Notes: generated by a model from the letters alone, not told the origin. Shown: positions 38,501 through 50,646, counted from the first letter of the stretch. The stretch: DNA of 64,000 bases from an uncultured bacterium (GCA_963710755.1 CAVQBK010000004.1:128001-192000), one strand, 5' to 3'. Numbers and translations: made by a program.

Positions 38501-41500
38501 TGGGCGCGCTCATCAGCGATCCCTTGGGCGCCTATGACATCACCGGAGCCACCTTGACCTTGGTGGACAGCAGCGGCAATACGCGGGTCAATGGCGCGGC
38601 CATGAGCTTACTGAGGACTGACAGCAGCTCGCCTGCAGTATGGAAATGGTACAGCTACACCTATACCCTGCCGGCAAGTCCTCTGGGTAAATGGACCGCT
38701 TTTGTGACTGCCTTGGAAAGTAATGGCGTCACCCAGGACAGGGCTTATGAATTTCAAGTCAACACGCCCGATCACCTAGGGATGGTGCCTGCCTTCAGCA
38801 TTCAACCGGCTAATTCAACCAGAACGTTAACTTGTCAGATCTATGATGCTTTGGGCAACAGCCTGTCTTCCGTGCAGACCTTCACCATCACCGCAACCGG
38901 GTCGGCTACCTTTACGGCGCCCATGTCCGGTAATCCCATCAGTCCCACCACGGGAGGGAATGGCGCGGTTAATGTGGACCTTACGGACTGGCTGCCCCAA
39001 TCGGTCACCATTACCGCCACCCAGGCCTGGGGCACACCGGCCAACAATGGAAGTGCCCTCGCTGTTTTTACGCCTTCCGATTATGCCAAAGCCTCGGCTG
39101 ATGACGGTCTGGCCACCACGGGCGCAGGCAGCAGCGGCGAGCCGATTAACATCCAACTCTACGATGAATATAACATGCCGATTGGTATTGCCCGTCCCTT
39201 GACCATCACGGTCAGCGGTGCCGGTTATTTCAGCAGCGTGCCGGCCGGCTGGAGCGGGGCAGGGACGGCATTGGCTTTTGGAATGACGGACAGTAATGGC
39301 CAGGCCGCACTGATTGTCAAAGACAATACAGCGGAAACATTAACGGTCTTGCCGGACACCAGCTTATGGGGCAACCACAGCAAAGATCAGGCTGCTACCG
39401 TGATTTTCAGTGTGCCCGGTCCTGACCATCTGGTCCTTAGTGACAGTGTGGGCACTCAGGTGACTGCGGGCAATACGCGTATGCTTAATCTTCAGGTCGT
39501 GGACGCCGACGGCCTTAATGTGAACAGCAGTCAGGTGGTGACCATCATCTGCAGCGGCAGTGCCGTTTTCACGGCCACTTCCTTGAGCGGTGCTGCCGGG
39601 GTGGGCACCAACGCCGTGACCGGCACCACGGCAGCCAACGGCTCAGCCACCATTACCATTACCGATCAGACCGCACAAACCGTGACCGTGACGCCTGATT
39701 CGAGTACCCTGCCCGGTTCCACCGGCTTTCCTGATCAGGATATTTCCATTCCCGTAATCTTTGTTGCCGGTGCGGCCGATCACCTGGCCATGTCACCGGC
39801 ATTACAATACCCGGTCACCAGTAATCCGGCCACAGCAGATATGCAGGTGGTGGATCGATACAATAATGTGACCGTCACGGCGGCGGTCATAACCGTTACC
39901 ATTAATGGTTCGGCTTTGATATACACCACCACCTTGTCTAATCACGGACCTTATTATATGCAGAGTGTTACCGGCACGGCCGATGCCAATGGCTGGGGTG
40001 AAGTCACGGTTTACAACGATTACCCTCAAGCCACCACGTTGACTGCCCATGCGTCCGCTTTGCCCAATCTGACGGCCGATGTCACGGCCATGATTGTTTG
40101 GAGCAATAATCCACCTACCTTGACCTATACACCCACCAATACACCTACGCCCAGTCCCACGGCGACGGTAACTTTTTCAGCCACTACCACTTATACACCA
40201 ACGCCAACATGGACCAACACCGTTACCGCCACGCCGACGAGAACCACGACCAGCACACCTACCCATACGGTCACGCCCAGTGCCACCCCAACCTACACCG
40301 CAACCCCTTCTTTCACTTTGACCAGCACCGGTACGCCGACCATGACGCCAACGATCACGCCTACCGCCACGCCCACCTTTACGTCTACAGCTACAGCCAC
40401 CAGAACCGGGTCGCCGACCAGCACCATGACACCTACTCATACGCCTACAGTGACGCCGACCTATTCGTCGACGGTGACCCCCACGCCAACCTTTACGGCT
40501 ACGCCTTCGGTGACCGTGACTTATACGGCCACGCCCAGTGCCACGCCTTCCCATACACCCACCGTGACCTCTACCTATACCTCCACGTCATCACCAACAT
40601 TTACCTCCACGCCTACCTTTACCTTTACCGCCACCCACAGCCCGACGCCCACTATGACCTCCACCTTTACGCCTACTTCAACCTCCACGCCCACCCATTC
40701 ACCTACAAGTACCTCCAGCCCGACCTACACCCCTACCGTGACGCCGACGCACACACCTACCCATACATCAACCTCCACCCATACGCCTACGGTCACGCCT
40801 ACGACTACACCCAGCTTCACATCGACCCCGACCTTTACGGCCACCACGACGCCGACCATAACCCCGACCCATACACCGACTTACACCCATAGTCCTACGG
40901 CCACACCCAGCGCCACACCCACGTCAACGTTTACTCCCACCTCTAGCCCGACATCAACCTTCACGCCGACTGTAACCCCGACTTTTACACCCACGGTGAC
41001 ACCCACCGCCACCCATACGCCAACATCAACCTCCACCCATTCCCCTACGGCCACCCATACGCCGACCTTTACCTCCACGGTAACACCGACCAGCAGCGAT
41101 ACCGCCACCGCTACCCCCACGCATACACCGACTTTTACCCATAGTCCTACAGCCACCTCTACTTTTACCAGTACCGTAACGCCGACTAACACGGTGACAC
41201 CTACAGATACGACCACCCCCACCAGCACCACCACGCCCACACCTACCGTAACCCCTACCTTCACGCCGACTTACACGTTTACCTTTACCTCGACCGCCAC
41301 GCCCACTTTGACGTCGACCATAAGTCCCACCTCATCCTTTACACCTACGGTTACACTGACCGTCACAAGTACGCCAACGGTTACACCGACCAGAACCAAT
41401 ACGCTGACCGCCACGCCCACCGTGACGTTGACCATCACGTCCACAGCCACCTTTACGGTGACCTCGACCTCAACCTTCACGCCTACGGTCACGCCTACGG

Positions 41501-44500
41501 TCACGCCTACTATAACGGAGACCTTTACCGCCACGCCGACGCTGACTCATAGTCCCACTCCCACCGCAACCCAAACCATCACGCCTACCGCCACCACCAC
41601 CAGTACCTTCACGCCTACCCATACCTCCACGGCCACCGTGACCAGTACCTTTACCGTCACCCCGACGCATAGTCCGACGTCCACTCATTCACCGACCGGT
41701 ACAACTACCGCGACCGCCACGCCGACCAGCACACCAACCTCGACGGTTACCCCAACGTCGACCTCCACAGCAACCGGTACCACTACCTCTACGGCTACGC
41801 CGACCGCTTCGCCCACGCGTACCGTGACCGGCACTACTACGGCCACGGCCACACATACACCCACAAATACCCCGACATCCACCGACACGCCCACGGATAC
41901 ACCCACGGCGACGCAGACCCACACGGCCACGGTGACACCCACTGGGACTGCTACGCCTACGGTGACCCCCACATTCACGATGACGCCCAGCATCACTCAG
42001 ACCTCGACTTATACCGTTACCGCTACGCCTACTTTAACCGTCACCCCAACCGCCACCGGAACTTTTACGGACACGCCCACGGCCACACCTACCCAAACGA
42101 TTACCTTAACCCCCACCATTTCAGCCACCCTGACCGTATCGGCTACCGCCACACCTACCTTGGCGGATACAGTGACCAATACCGCTACCCATACACCTAC
42201 TGCCACCATCAGTGCCACTTATACGGCATCGCCCACCTATACCCATACGCCCACTGAGACTTCCACCTTTACCCCTACGGCCACGCCTACGTATACCACT
42301 ACCTTTACGGTAACGCCTACCAGCACCGATACGGCCACGATTACGCCTACGATTACACCTACGTCAACTATAACGCCCACGCATACCCCGACCTCCACCG
42401 TCACCCCGACATTTACCTCAACCGACACACCGACATTGACCGCCACCAGAACCGTCACAGCGACTGCTACCCATACTCCCAGCGCCACCCCCAGCCATAC
42501 GCCCACCTTGACCAACACCGCTACGGGCACCCCCACCTTTACCCCAACAGTGACGCCCACTTCCACGGCTACGCCTACTTATACTCAAACCTCCACGGCC
42601 ACACCCAGTGCTACACCCACTATCACCCTGACCGCCACGCCTACGGTCACGTCCACGTTCACGGTGACATTGACCATAACGGAAACGGTCACGCCCACCA
42701 GTACGGTGACGTTGACCAATACACCCACCATCACCTTGACCAGCACACCGACCAGTACGATGACCCCCAGCGCCACACCTACCTTCACGGCTACCTTTAC
42801 GGCGACGCCAACTCATACCCAAACCTCCACACCAACCTATACCGTCACCCCCACCGTCACCCCCACCGCCACCACGACCAATACCATCACCTTAACCACT
42901 ACGCCAACGCCCAGTGCCACCTCCACCATAACCCTGACCACTACACCTACCAACTCCATGACGCCGACCCATACTCCCACCGTGACCATGACCAGCACAC
43001 CGGTTAACACGGCCACCTCCACCACGACGCCTACCTCCACAGCTTCACCCACCGGTACGGCCACGCCAACTTTTACAGCCACACCAACCTTTACCGTAAC
43101 CTCGACCTATACCATGACTTCCACCTACACGATGACCTACACGGCCACACCCAGTACTACGCCGACCATTACCCTGACCGCCACGCCTACGGCGACGATT
43201 ACCTTGACTGCTACGCCCACCTGGACGCCCACGATTACGGAGACGGTTACGCCCACATCCACGGTGACCTTAAGCATGACACCGAGCATGACCGTGACCA
43301 TGACCATCACGCCTACGTTTACCGCCACGCCCACCATCACCCTGACCCATACGCCTACGACAACCCATACGCCCACCGTGACACCCACCTTCACGGCCAC
43401 GGCCAGCCATACGCCGACGCATACGCCAAGCGTGACCGCCACGCCTACGTTTACGCCGAGCGTAACGCCTACCGCCACCCCGAGTAACACCCCGACCTCC
43501 ACCGAAACACCAACTGAAACGCCGACGCATACGCCCAGCAGCACGGTGACGGCCACATCCACCGCAACAGGAACCGCATCGTTTACGGTGACCACAACCT
43601 TTACCCAAACCCCCACGGCCACGCCCACCGCTACGGCTACCAATAGCTTTACCGCCACCCCCACGGTCACGCCCACTGGAACTTATACGTCCACGGTGAC
43701 CACTACCCCCAGCGCCACGCCCACCGCGACCTTTACAGCCACGGCTACGCCCAGTATCACACCCAGCGCCACCGCGACCTTTACCTCTACCGCTTCACCC
43801 ACATCCAGTGTCACCACGACCTTTACCGCCACGCCCACAGTCAGTTTGACCGCCACCCCCACGGCTACCCATACTTTGACCGCCACCCCAACCATGACAG
43901 GCAGCCCCACTGAGACCATGACCGCCACCCCCACGGCTAGCAGTACCATCACGCCTACTTTTACCGCCACACCCAGCACGACGCCTACGGTGACCAGCAC
44001 CATGACCATGACGCCTACCGCCACGCCCACGGCCACAGCTTCGCCAACTTGGTCGTCCACGGCCACACCCTCGTCCACCAATTCACCTACCGCCACGTTT
44101 ACGGCGTCGCCCACCGGGAGTTCAACGGTAACCCTGACCATAACCGCCACACCAACCCTGACGGCCACCCCCACGGCCACGCCGACGCGCACCATAACCG
44201 TCACCAGCACCATGTCGCCGACCGCTACGGCCACAGCGAGCATGACGCCTACCCTGACGGTAACGGTTACGTCCACCACCACCCCCACGGCCACCATGAC
44301 TTATACGGCCACCCCGACCAGTACGGCCACATCAACACCGACCTTGACTCCTACGGTGACCATGACCAGGACAACCACAGCCACGGCGACCGTGACGCCC
44401 ACGGCCACCATGACGCCCACCGAGGTGCTCAGTGTTCAGTTTAAGTTGATCATCGTGGACAGTGGCGGCCGGCGGGTGCGCACCTTGATGGAAAGCCAAA

Positions 44501-45018
44501 TATTGCAACCAGTCACGGATTTTAATCTTAGCAGCGATTATCTCTCTGCTGACGGACGCAACCAGTTGCGCTTCTGGGAAGGCAATCTTTTTGATATAAA
44601 CTGGAACGGTAGCAATGAAGAAGGTAAGGTCATGGTTAACGGTGTTTATTTTATACAAGCCATCAGTGTTAATCGTCTTAATGAGCAGACCATTGTCACT
44701 AAAGCCGTGACCTTGGAAAGACCGACCCTAACTATTATCCAAGCCATGCGCCTGGCACCTAATCCCGCCAAGGACCACGTGGCTATTTGGGTGAAATCAC
44801 CCTATGCCGGTATGGATGTTAATGTGCAGGTGTATACCGTGGTCGGGGAATTGGTAGCCAAAGTGCACCTCGGTCAGCAGGAGATGGTGCAGTGGGATAT
44901 GATCAACAGCCGTGGGGAAAAGTTGGCTAGTGGTGTTTATTTGATGGTGGTGCTGGCCAAAGATCCGATCAGCGGACAAGTGGAGCGTAAAGTGCAAAAA
45001 CTGGCGGTGTTACGATAA
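35581..45018 (+). CDS. Giant (~3150 aa) surface protein: Ig/CARDB/invasin-like domains, Thr/Pro stalk, tandem FlgD-Ig/T9SS-like C-terminal domains
   Basis: Hydrophobic leader; Ig-like repeats starting (P/A)DHL; [15 protein letters not shown] Ca-loop-like motifs; stalk at 40111-44421; C-terminal APNP...YT..GELV...WD...GEKLASGVY...KLAVLR. Start position uncertain. Confidence 0.85.
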   Translation: MGAAVQGSALPQLNRGHGGKLAWVLLPLAMLLAVGSYAATAMSAPDEFVAWDPVNKHYVARVTVSNQDDAINQQGVKASGAGSKHFGQLSVWAKQKPEQVRAIINQQVEVAAYRSGLTFGQGRHLKKNQRLFLEYVYSHAPPSKLPVPVAAGVEQAGLSQSNRLKNNKIDLNLTNKIDGQWYRLSAKIPAGYRVKKIVRADGVEIVNQRPQGRNPNQTIPEQLLWYMQGQTLVFYDDPINGYTVFLDPPTAMNSLLVDIAGTSSNDYGGQISTIVWPYDGGTPLWTNDHAGRNGDNGLAQDFDSMAGGKVALRYSYGSTVQYGNPGGIGTGADGNFVELSRNYTLMHQTPSGQLEAVITTQLGMPTGAPLPMGITQKIIIRGNMKWFASIYYIKNLHASHVATNLRFFQGFDWNFNGDNTNDSCSYNGTYDTIYGYKPSGDPISYGGFSGFEASAEHDTTTYNTIWQYIRDDNLHGNNNFSGDAGTAMDWDHASLAAGKTWVVPIIWAYGNTLSASAFSDMQDGIDYGKSKLQDTGVTAITAPENNHMYNPATTATVNINAQVTLYGLQDFANLPVHVRVTSTAPGFTTIDTAFTTVDLEVPDKETTEVTYPLDISSLPAGTYTVKIYTDLGSDTPYTDSQPGNDYKTIQLVVSDFAMAPDDSAMVAPGGSHYYGVSLTSSTVTGRFDLAASASSASWGTRLYTSGGTLVATDADGNGVWDSITPGYDSNSNGLPDVNVTAGVTTFVLVEKILPFNALGGVTDVTTLTGTQQGGSLSDHVTVTTLSSAPGTKIKTLYLHPADGNFSLNTNQDTHSTGTYSQVDIFSQQTWTMQPVMADNFTLVSDVSIPLVLSTNNRTIDATVTLFYTNGFNTYVIGEDRVNNIRNRNTSPGSEVFTIPVSSPVTIPAGYKLCLRFNHLGYNSTTGYFRIYQSSTQRSRIILSTSTYIRVDKIQTFDSLGNTRQALAPGAAMSVGALISDPLGAYDITGATLTLVDSSGNTRVNGAAMSLLRTDSSSPAVWKWYSYTYTLPASPLGKWTAFVTALESNGVTQDRAYEFQVNTPDHLGMVPAFSIQPANSTRTLTCQIYDALGNSLSSVQTFTITATGSATFTAPMSGNPISPTTGGNGAVNVDLTDWLPQSVTITATQAWGTPANNGSALAVFTPSDYAKASADDGLATTGAGSSGEPINIQLYDEYNMPIGIARPLTITVSGAGYFSSVPAGWSGAGTALAFGMTDSNGQAALIVKDNTAETLTVLPDTSLWGNHSKDQAATVIFSVPGPDHLVLSDSVGTQVTAGNTRMLNLQVVDADGLNVNSSQVVTIICSGSAVFTATSLSGAAGVGTNAVTGTTAANGSATITITDQTAQTVTVTPDSSTLPGSTGFPDQDISIPVIFVAGAADHLAMSPALQYPVTSNPATADMQVVDRYNNVTVTAAVITVTINGSALIYTTTLSNHGPYYMQSVTGTADANGWGEVTVYNDYPQATTLTAHASALPNLTADVTAMIVWSNNPPTLTYTPTNTPTPSPTATVTFSATTTYTPTPTWTNTVTATPTRTTTSTPTHTVTPSATPTYTATPSFTLTSTGTPTMTPTITPTATPTFTSTATATRTGSPTSTMTPTHTPTVTPTYSSTVTPTPTFTATPSVTVTYTATPSATPSHTPTVTSTYTSTSSPTFTSTPTFTFTATHSPTPTMTSTFTPTSTSTPTHSPTSTSSPTYTPTVTPTHTPTHTSTSTHTPTVTPTTTPSFTSTPTFTATTTPTITPTHTPTYTHSPTATPSATPTSTFTPTSSPTSTFTPTVTPTFTPTVTPTATHTPTSTSTHSPTATHTPTFTSTVTPTSSDTATATPTHTPTFTHSPTATSTFTSTVTPTNTVTPTDTTTPTSTTTPTPTVTPTFTPTYTFTFTSTATPTLTSTISPTSSFTPTVTLTVTSTPTVTPTRTNTLTATPTVTLTITSTATFTVTSTSTFTPTVTPTVTPTITETFTATPTLTHSPTPTATQTITPTATTTSTFTPTHTSTATVTSTFTVTPTHSPTSTHSPTGTTTATATPTSTPTSTVTPTSTSTATGTTTSTATPTASPTRTVTGTTTATATHTPTNTPTSTDTPTDTPTATQTHTATVTPTGTATPTVTPTFTMTPSITQTSTYTVTATPTLTVTPTATGTFTDTPTATPTQTITLTPTISATLTVSATATPTLADTVTNTATHTPTATISATYTASPTYTHTPTETSTFTPTATPTYTTTFTVTPTSTDTATITPTITPTSTITPTHTPTSTVTPTFTSTDTPTLTATRTVTATATHTPSATPSHTPTLTNTATGTPTFTPTVTPTSTATPTYTQTSTATPSATPTITLTATPTVTSTFTVTLTITETVTPTSTVTLTNTPTITLTSTPTSTMTPSATPTFTATFTATPTHTQTSTPTYTVTPTVTPTATTTNTITLTTTPTPSATSTITLTTTPTNSMTPTHTPTVTMTSTPVNTATSTTTPTSTASPTGTATPTFTATPTFTVTSTYTMTSTYTMTYTATPSTTPTITLTATPTATITLTATPTWTPTITETVTPTSTVTLSMTPSMTVTMTITPTFTATPTITLTHTPTTTHTPTVTPTFTATASHTPTHTPSVTATPTFTPSVTPTATPSNTPTSTETPTETPTHTPSSTVTATSTATGTASFTVTTTFTQTPTATPTATATNSFTATPTVTPTGTYTSTVTTTPSATPTATFTATATPSITPSATATFTSTASPTSSVTTTFTATPTVSLTATPTATHTLTATPTMTGSPTETMTATPTASSTITPTFTATPSTTPTVTSTMTMTPTATPTATASPTWSSTATPSSTNSPTATFTASPTGSSTVTLTITATPTLTATPTATPTRTITVTSTMSPTATATASMTPTLTVTVTSTTTPTATMTYTATPTSTATSTPTLTPTVTMTRTTTATATVTPTATMTPTEVLSVQFKLIIVDSGGRRVRTLMESQILQPVTDFNLSSDYLSADGRNQLRFWEGNLFDINWNGSNEEGKVMVNGVYFIQAISVNRLNEQTIVTKAVTLERPTLTIIQAMRLAPNPAKDHVAIWVKSPYAGMDVNVQVYTVVGELVAKVHLGQQEMVQWDMINSRGEKLASGVYLMVVLAKDPISGQVERKVQKLAVLR
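40111..44421 (+). repeat. Low-complexity TxTxTP coding tract (~1437 codons)
   Basis: Thr at almost every second residue, frequent Pro; AC-rich + strand with mixed synonymous ACN codons. Confidence 0.95.
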
Positions 45019-47336
45019 TGCGAATGAAACCGGGGCGCACATTCTGGCTAGGGGTCATGATCCTATTGGCAGTCATGAACCAAGCCCATGCCGACCTCTT
45101 TGACAAGGGCGGCGCTTTAGGGTCGGGCGCCCGGGCAATGGCCATGGCCGGTGCTTACACCGCCCTGGCACAGGATGAATCCGGTCTTTGGTGGAATCCT
45201 GCGGGCTTGGGTGCGGTGACCATGAACCGTATCGAGTCTTCCTTGGGCTCGGTGTATAATGGCCGCGTGCGCAGCTTGGAAATGGCCGGCGCTATGCCCT
45301 TGCCAAAAAACGTGGTGGCCGGTTTAGGCTGGCGCCATCAGTTTTATCCGCAGCCAAGTGAAGTCAATACGGACGAGCTGATGTTGGCCGGCAGCATTCC
45401 CCTGGACGAGGACCAACAATGGCACTTGGGGATGGGGGTTAAATTATTATTTGGTGGAATGGTGTCATCCGGGTTGGGCTTCAGTGGTCTGGGCATGGAT
45501 TTTGGCCTTCTTTATAATATGAAGCTTTTCGAACGCTACCAACTTTCATTGGGTGCTCATGTGCAGGATATCGATACCCGTATCACCTGGGGCAACCAGC
45601 AACAGCAGCAAGTGCCCAGCCGTCTGGCTCTGGGAGCGGGGTTTGTTTTGGATCCTCAAACAGTGTTCAGCCTGGACCTGGAGTCGGTCTCCTCCACGCA
45701 GGACACCAGTGGCTCCACCCAGTTGTTACGGCTGGGTGCGGAACATTGGGTGGCTGACCTTTTCGGCCTGCGCGCCGGTTTGGTGACCGATAATCATCAG
45801 GTCAGTGCTTTGAGTTTCGGACTGGGATTTACGGTGGCCCAGGTTGAGGTGGAATACGCGCTTTCCAGCACTACCGCCAATCTGGGCGTTTCCCACCGCC
45901 TTTCCCTGAGTTATGGTCTACCCCGGCTGGCCCTGGGTGTCAAACCAGCCGCCCTACCGGCGCAAGAAGAATTAAAACTTCCTGAAATGAAACCGGAGAC
46001 CTTTGAATTTGAACTGGTAGCCCTGCCAGAAAGTTTTTCGCCCAATGGCGATGGCTTGGCTGATACAGTCATTGTACATCTTGATTTAATTCAAGGCTTC
46101 AAATCGGAAATCGCCTCCTGGTCCTTGACGGTTTTCGATGATCAGGGGGTAAACCGCAGAACCTTTACCGGCAAGGGTTATCCGCCGGAAGTGGAATGGG
46201 ATGGTGCGGATAAGACCGGTAAAATCTGTCAGGACGGCTATTACACCTTGGTCATGGAAGTAAAAGACAGCAATCATAAAACCTTGGCGCCCATCAAGAC
46301 TAGTGTGCAGATTAAAACCGATGTGCAACCCCTGACCATGGTCCTAAGCAGCCTGGTCTTTGAACGCATTGCCGGTAAACTGGACAAACCCTTGGTCATC
46401 ACTTTCCCCGACGGAGCCGGTCAGCCGCAACAGTCGTGGAATGTGGTAATCCAGAATCAAGCCAACAAGAAGGTACGCACCTTTGCAGGCAAGGGACTGT
46501 TGCCTGATCAGTTGGTGTGGAAAGGAACAGAGAAGGGAAAACCAGTGCCTGACGGCACCTACCTGGTGGCGTTTGCGGTGAGCGATCCCAGCGGTCTTCG
46601 TATTGACAGCAGCGAACAGATTGTGTTTAAGTCCGTGGCACCGAAAGTGGGGCTGAGCGTCAGCCCGGCCATGATCCGCCCGGGGTATAAAAAAGACGGC
46701 CAAGCCACCTTTGTCTTGACCACCAATTACAACCAGGAAATTGAGCAGTGGCGTCTGGAGATCAATGACCGGATCACCAAGAAAACCGTAAGAACTTACC
46801 GGGGCCGCGGGCCGCTGGCGGCCAGTTTGGTATGGCCCGGGACCACCAACCGTAAACGTCTGGTGGCCGGCGGACGCTATCTGGGCGCGCAACTAACCGT
46901 GACCTACCGGGGCGGTGTGAAGATTGTCAGTCCAGTTGTGACCTTGAGTACTGATGTGGTTATGCCCACCAGCACCCAAGGCTTGGCCCTGCATTTGGCG
47001 GCAGTCAATTTTGATCCCGGGTCCTCGGTGATTCCTCTGGATGCTTATAAAATGCTCAACCAGGCCATCAATACCATCAAACGGTATGCCCGCAATTACC
47101 GGGTTCAGGTCAAGGGTCATACGGACAATGTGGAAAGTCCTACGGAGGCCATCGAATTGTCCTGGGCAAGGGCGTTAAAAGTCAAAGAGTACCTAAATGT
47201 CTCCGGTCAAATACCGATAACAGTGATAGATGCCGTGGGCTACGGAGACCGTCTGCCGCTGGTACCCAATGACAATCCTGCCGGCCGGAGTAAAAACCGG
47301 CGGGTGGAAATCGTGGTTATCATCGGGAAAAAATAG
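45018..47336 (+). CDS. PorV-like beta-barrel fused to FlgD-Ig repeats and an OmpA-like peptidoglycan-binding domain
   Basis: Signal peptide; GSGARAMAMAGA...WNPAGL; FSPNGDG and three 'RTF.G.G....WxG' repeats; GHTD...LS..RA..V...GYG...P...N....KNRRVEI. Confidence 0.85.
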   Translation: MRMKPGRTFWLGVMILLAVMNQAHADLFDKGGALGSGARAMAMAGAYTALAQDESGLWWNPAGLGAVTMNRIESSLGSVYNGRVRSLEMAGAMPLPKNVVAGLGWRHQFYPQPSEVNTDELMLAGSIPLDEDQQWHLGMGVKLLFGGMVSSGLGFSGLGMDFGLLYNMKLFERYQLSLGAHVQDIDTRITWGNQQQQQVPSRLALGAGFVLDPQTVFSLDLESVSSTQDTSGSTQLLRLGAEHWVADLFGLRAGLVTDNHQVSALSFGLGFTVAQVEVEYALSSTTANLGVSHRLSLSYGLPRLALGVKPAALPAQEELKLPEMKPETFEFELVALPESFSPNGDGLADTVIVHLDLIQGFKSEIASWSLTVFDDQGVNRRTFTGKGYPPEVEWDGADKTGKICQDGYYTLVMEVKDSNHKTLAPIKTSVQIKTDVQPLTMVLSSLVFERIAGKLDKPLVITFPDGAGQPQQSWNVVIQNQANKKVRTFAGKGLLPDQLVWKGTEKGKPVPDGTYLVAFAVSDPSGLRIDSSEQIVFKSVAPKVGLSVSPAMIRPGYKKDGQATFVLTTNYNQEIEQWRLEINDRITKKTVRTYRGRGPLAASLVWPGTTNRKRLVAGGRYLGAQLTVTYRGGVKIVSPVVTLSTDVVMPTSTQGLALHLAAVNFDPGSSVIPLDAYKMLNQAINTIKRYARNYRVQVKGHTDNVESPTEAIELSWARALKVKEYLNVSGQIPITVIDAVGYGDRLPLVPNDNPAGRSKNRRVEIVVIIGKK

Positions 47337-47392
47337 TCAGAGGTGCTTTTCCGGCACATCAGACCGGCGGATTTACCGCAGTCCAAGGCAGC

Positions 47393-47421
47393 TTGACAAT
47401 TTTTATCACGACGAGTATGAT
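47393..47421 (+). promoter_or_regulatory. Sigma70 promoter for the ABC operon
   Basis: TTGACA-17-TATGAT, then a GAGGAG RBS before ATG 47453. Confidence 0.7.
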
Positions 47422-47452
47422 CATCAACTAATCAACCACAGCGAGGAGTAGC

Positions 47453-48814
47453 ATGCTGCGCAAAATCGGGTGGATTTTATTTACCATCGCCTTGTCCGGC
47501 TTCATGCTGGTGGTCTGGCTGCAAAATTATTATTTTGTCAGCGAAGTGCCCAAAGAAGGGCAGGTGTTGGAAGTATGGAACAAGCCGCCCTCCCGCCAGG
47601 TCAAGGAACTCAAGCTTTGGAAAGAAAGCATACTGCGCTTTGAGCAGGAAAATCCCGGCATCAAGATCAAAGGGGTTGAACGGCAATATTCGCCCCAGGA
47701 ATTTGTCACCGCCATGGCCGGCGGCAAAGGACCGGATGTCATGCATGTCTGGATAGGCTCTATGGGCATCCTGGCCAGGCAGGGGTTTATTGCACCAATG
47801 GATGAGTATATCCGGCAATGGGATCAGGCGGATTATATTCCTAAAAAAGTTTGGCGTCCCACCCGCTATGACCGCAAGACTTATGGTGTGCCCCGCGACA
47901 CCTATTTTACCGTCCTTTTTTATAGGAAGGATTTGTTTCAGGCTGCAGGCCTCGACCCTCATAGGCCGCCTCAAAATTGGGGTGAACTGGCCGCCTATGC
48001 CCAGCGCCTGACCAAGCCTGAAATCGGGCAATATGGATTCGGGCTTTCACCGGATACCTGGCATTTCATGGATTTCGTATGGCAAAACAACGGCCGGCTG
48101 CTGGAAGCCACCAAACGTGGTTACTTAAACGCGCCCCTCGATTCGCCGGCTGTTCTCCAGACCCTTCAATTTTGGCATGATTTAAAATTCAAATACAAAG
48201 TTCTGCCACCCAATGCTTTGCCGGCTCAGGAAAACATCCAGCAGATGTTCGCGCTGGGTAAGGTGGCCATGATGATGGGTGTGGCCATGCAGCTCCCGGG
48301 ATTGCTCAATAAATACGGTTTGGAACTGGACACAACCGGGATTGCGCCCTTGCCCGCCGGTCCGGCTGGTTATCGGGCCTCTCATGCCGGGGGTGAAGTC
48401 TTTGTCATCAATGCCTCCATCCCCAAAGCGAAGCGCGATGCGGCCTGGAAATATATTGAATTTGAATTGTCGCCGGCCAATCAACTCTGGAAATGGGTAA
48501 GAATGCACGAACTGAAGATGACCATCTTTCCGGGTGCTTTTTCAGCCTCCACTAATTTATTAAACATGCCGGAGTTCGCCATGGTCAAGGAAGAGCTGCG
48601 CTATGTGCGCAATGAACCGCATTTACCGGAATGGCCTTTTATGAAAGATGCGCTCAATAAGGACTTGTTGCAAGCTGTGTTCGTGGAAGAACATATGGAC
48701 ATCAAAGCTTATGTAAATGAGTTTACCCGGCGGGTTAACCAACGGTTTTTATCGAAACGCTACTTTTTGCCCAAACAGGTGCACCGCCGAACACCGGAAA
48801 CCCAGACACCTTGA
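47453..48814 (+). CDS. Carbohydrate ABC transporter substrate-binding protein
   Basis: FE..NP.IKI, GPDV, YGVP......LFYRKDLF..AGL....PP.NW.EL, F..GKVAM, AAWKYIEF. Confidence 0.9.
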   Translation: MLRKIGWILFTIALSGFMLVVWLQNYYFVSEVPKEGQVLEVWNKPPSRQVKELKLWKESILRFEQENPGIKIKGVERQYSPQEFVTAMAGGKGPDVMHVWIGSMGILARQGFIAPMDEYIRQWDQADYIPKKVWRPTRYDRKTYGVPRDTYFTVLFYRKDLFQAAGLDPHRPPQNWGELAAYAQRLTKPEIGQYGFGLSPDTWHFMDFVWQNNGRLLEATKRGYLNAPLDSPAVLQTLQFWHDLKFKYKVLPPNALPAQENIQQMFALGKVAMMMGVAMQLPGLLNKYGLELDTTGIAPLPAGPAGYRASHAGGEVFVINASIPKAKRDAAWKYIEFELSPANQLWKWVRMHELKMTIFPGAFSASTNLLNMPEFAMVKEELRYVRNEPHLPEWPFMKDALNKDLLQAVFVEEHMDIKAYVNEFTRRVNQRFLSKRYFLPKQVHRRTPETQTP

Positions 48815-48834
48815 TGGTTAGGGAGAGATAACGC

Positions 48835-50646
48835 ATGCCGCCCCAAAGACCAAAACGATTGCCTACTGATTTTTTTGACCGGCTGTTGTCCAATCAGACC
48901 GATGATCAGCTCAATGATCTGCTGACGTCGCTGGTGGACGAACAGATTCTGCCGTCGGCCGAGGCACCTGCGGCCAAGGAGGAACCGACGGCGCCGGCCA
49001 TGGTTTTCGAACCAGCCGAAATGCCACCTATTAACCCGGCTGCTGAAGCCAGGATCATGGAAGATACTATTGAGACCGAAGAAGATGAATTAGACGAACT
49101 CTCCAGCGATTTACCGCAAAGTCCGATGGATGATCTTATTCCATCCACGGCGCAGATGCGGGCTGATAGCCATGTGGGGGCGCCTGCGGCACCCGTCGCA
49201 TCACCGCCTGACCAAGCGCCGGAACAGCAGTCCGCCATTGTTTTCCCGGAAGTACCCAGTCCTCCGGAAGAAGTGAATTATCATTTTGATACTCCGGAGG
49301 AACCGGCGCCCGCCCAGCCTGCGGCCGGGACACAACCCATCAAATTGCCAGGTGCGGACAATATTGAAGTGCCGCCGGAACTGCTGCGCGATCCCCAGGA
49401 AGAGGTGGCTGATGCCAGCGGACTAATCTCACCCCCGCCGTCTACGCAGGCCAGGCCCACACCGCCGCCACCGGAACCGATGGTTCCGGAAGCGCCCGCT
49501 GAAGAAGCATGGGAAGCCATGCTGGCCACGCCGCAACCAACCGCACCTCCTCGTCCGGAGGCATCCGTGACCAGTGCTCCGGCCAAGCCGGCGGGGCCAC
49601 ATGTCTATACCCATGAAGAACTGGTCCGAGCCCGTCTCGAGCGGCGTTGGGAAACACCCAAACGTAAGCCCAAAGCGCCCAAATTGGCGGTAGCCGTACC
49701 GACGCAAGTGGTGGACCAGAGCAAACTCTCGGCTTTGGATGATTATCTCCAAACCAAACGCCGGGAAAAATCGTCCATCCTTTTTGGCCGTATCCAACGG
49801 TCGGCCCTCATGTTTCTGTTGCCCACGTTTATTGCCTTTTCACTATTCTCCTGGTATCCCATGTTTAAGGGGCTGATTTTGTCGCTGTTTAATTTTCAGC
49901 CTACCGGAGAATCGGTGTTTATTGGTGTGCAAAATTATGTGCGGGCGTTTAAGGATACCATGTTTCTGCAGTCTCTCTGGCATGGCGGACTTTTCTGTTC
50001 GCTGGCCCTGCTGTTGGGTTTCCTGCCACCCATTTTTTTATCGATCTTTATCAACGAATTCCGGCGCGGCAAATCAATGCTGAAGTTTTTATTCTTTTTG
50101 CCCTTTCTTATGCCCACGGTGCCGGCTGCTATTCTATGGAAATGGATCATGGACCAGGGGTATGGTCTGCTTAACGCAGTGGTCTCTTTGTTGCCCGTCG
50201 CCAACCCTCATATCGGTTGGCTCACGGACCCCAAGTTGGCCATGCTTTCTATCGTGCTGCTGTATATATGGAAAAACACAGGATGGGCTATGTTGATTTA
50301 TTCCGCCTCATTGCTTAATATTGATCCTACTTTGTATGAAGAAGCGGAGATTCACGGGGCCAATATCTGGCAGAAGGTGCGCCATATCACCCTGCCCACC
50401 ATCCGGGGAACGATTGCGGTTATGTTCATCATCACCATCATCAACACCATTCAATTGTTTACCGAAGTGTATATTATGACCAACGGCGGGCCCATGAATT
50501 CCACCGAAGTGCTGGCCACCTATATTTATAAACAGGCTTTCTTTTACATGGATGTGGGCTATGCCTCGGCCTTGTCTATCTTGATGCTGGTCATGTTGTT
50601 GTTTATAACCATCTTTAGATTGCGGCGCCTGGACGCCGGAGGTTGA
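48835..50646 (+). CDS. Carbohydrate ABC permease with ~320-aa Pro/Glu-rich N-terminal extension
   Basis: From ~aa 323: FIG..NY, FFLP..MP.V, WK.TG, LYEEA.I.GA...Q...ITLP (EAA loop), TNGGP.NST. Confidence 0.9.
   Translation: MPPQRPKRLPTDFFDRLLSNQTDDQLNDLLTSLVDEQILPSAEAPAAKEEPTAPAMVFEPAEMPPINPAAEARIMEDTIETEEDELDELSSDLPQSPMDDLIPSTAQMRADSHVGAPAAPVASPPDQAPEQQSAIVFPEVPSPPEEVNYHFDTPEEPAPAQPAAGTQPIKLPGADNIEVPPELLRDPQEEVADASGLISPPPSTQARPTPPPPEPMVPEAPAEEAWEAMLATPQPTAPPRPEASVTSAPAKPAGPHVYTHEELVRARLERRWETPKRKPKAPKLAVAVPTQVVDQSKLSALDDYLQTKRREKSSILFGRIQRSALMFLLPTFIAFSLFSWYPMFKGLILSLFNFQPTGESVFIGVQNYVRAFKDTMFLQSLWHGGLFCSLALLLGFLPPIFLSIFINEFRRGKSMLKFLFFLPFLMPTVPAAILWKWIMDQGYGLLNAVVSLLPVANPHIGWLTDPKLAMLSIVLLYIWKNTGWAMLIYSASLLNIDPTLYEEAEIHGANIWQKVRHITLPTIRGTIAVMFIITIINTIQLFTEVYIMTNGGPMNSTEVLATYIYKQAFFYMDVGYASALSILMLVMLLFITIFRLRRLDAGG

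Noticed and set aside
40177-44658. Many minus-strand Val/Gly-rich and alternative-frame ORFs
   Set aside because: Shadows of the ACN-rich Thr/Pro coding tract.
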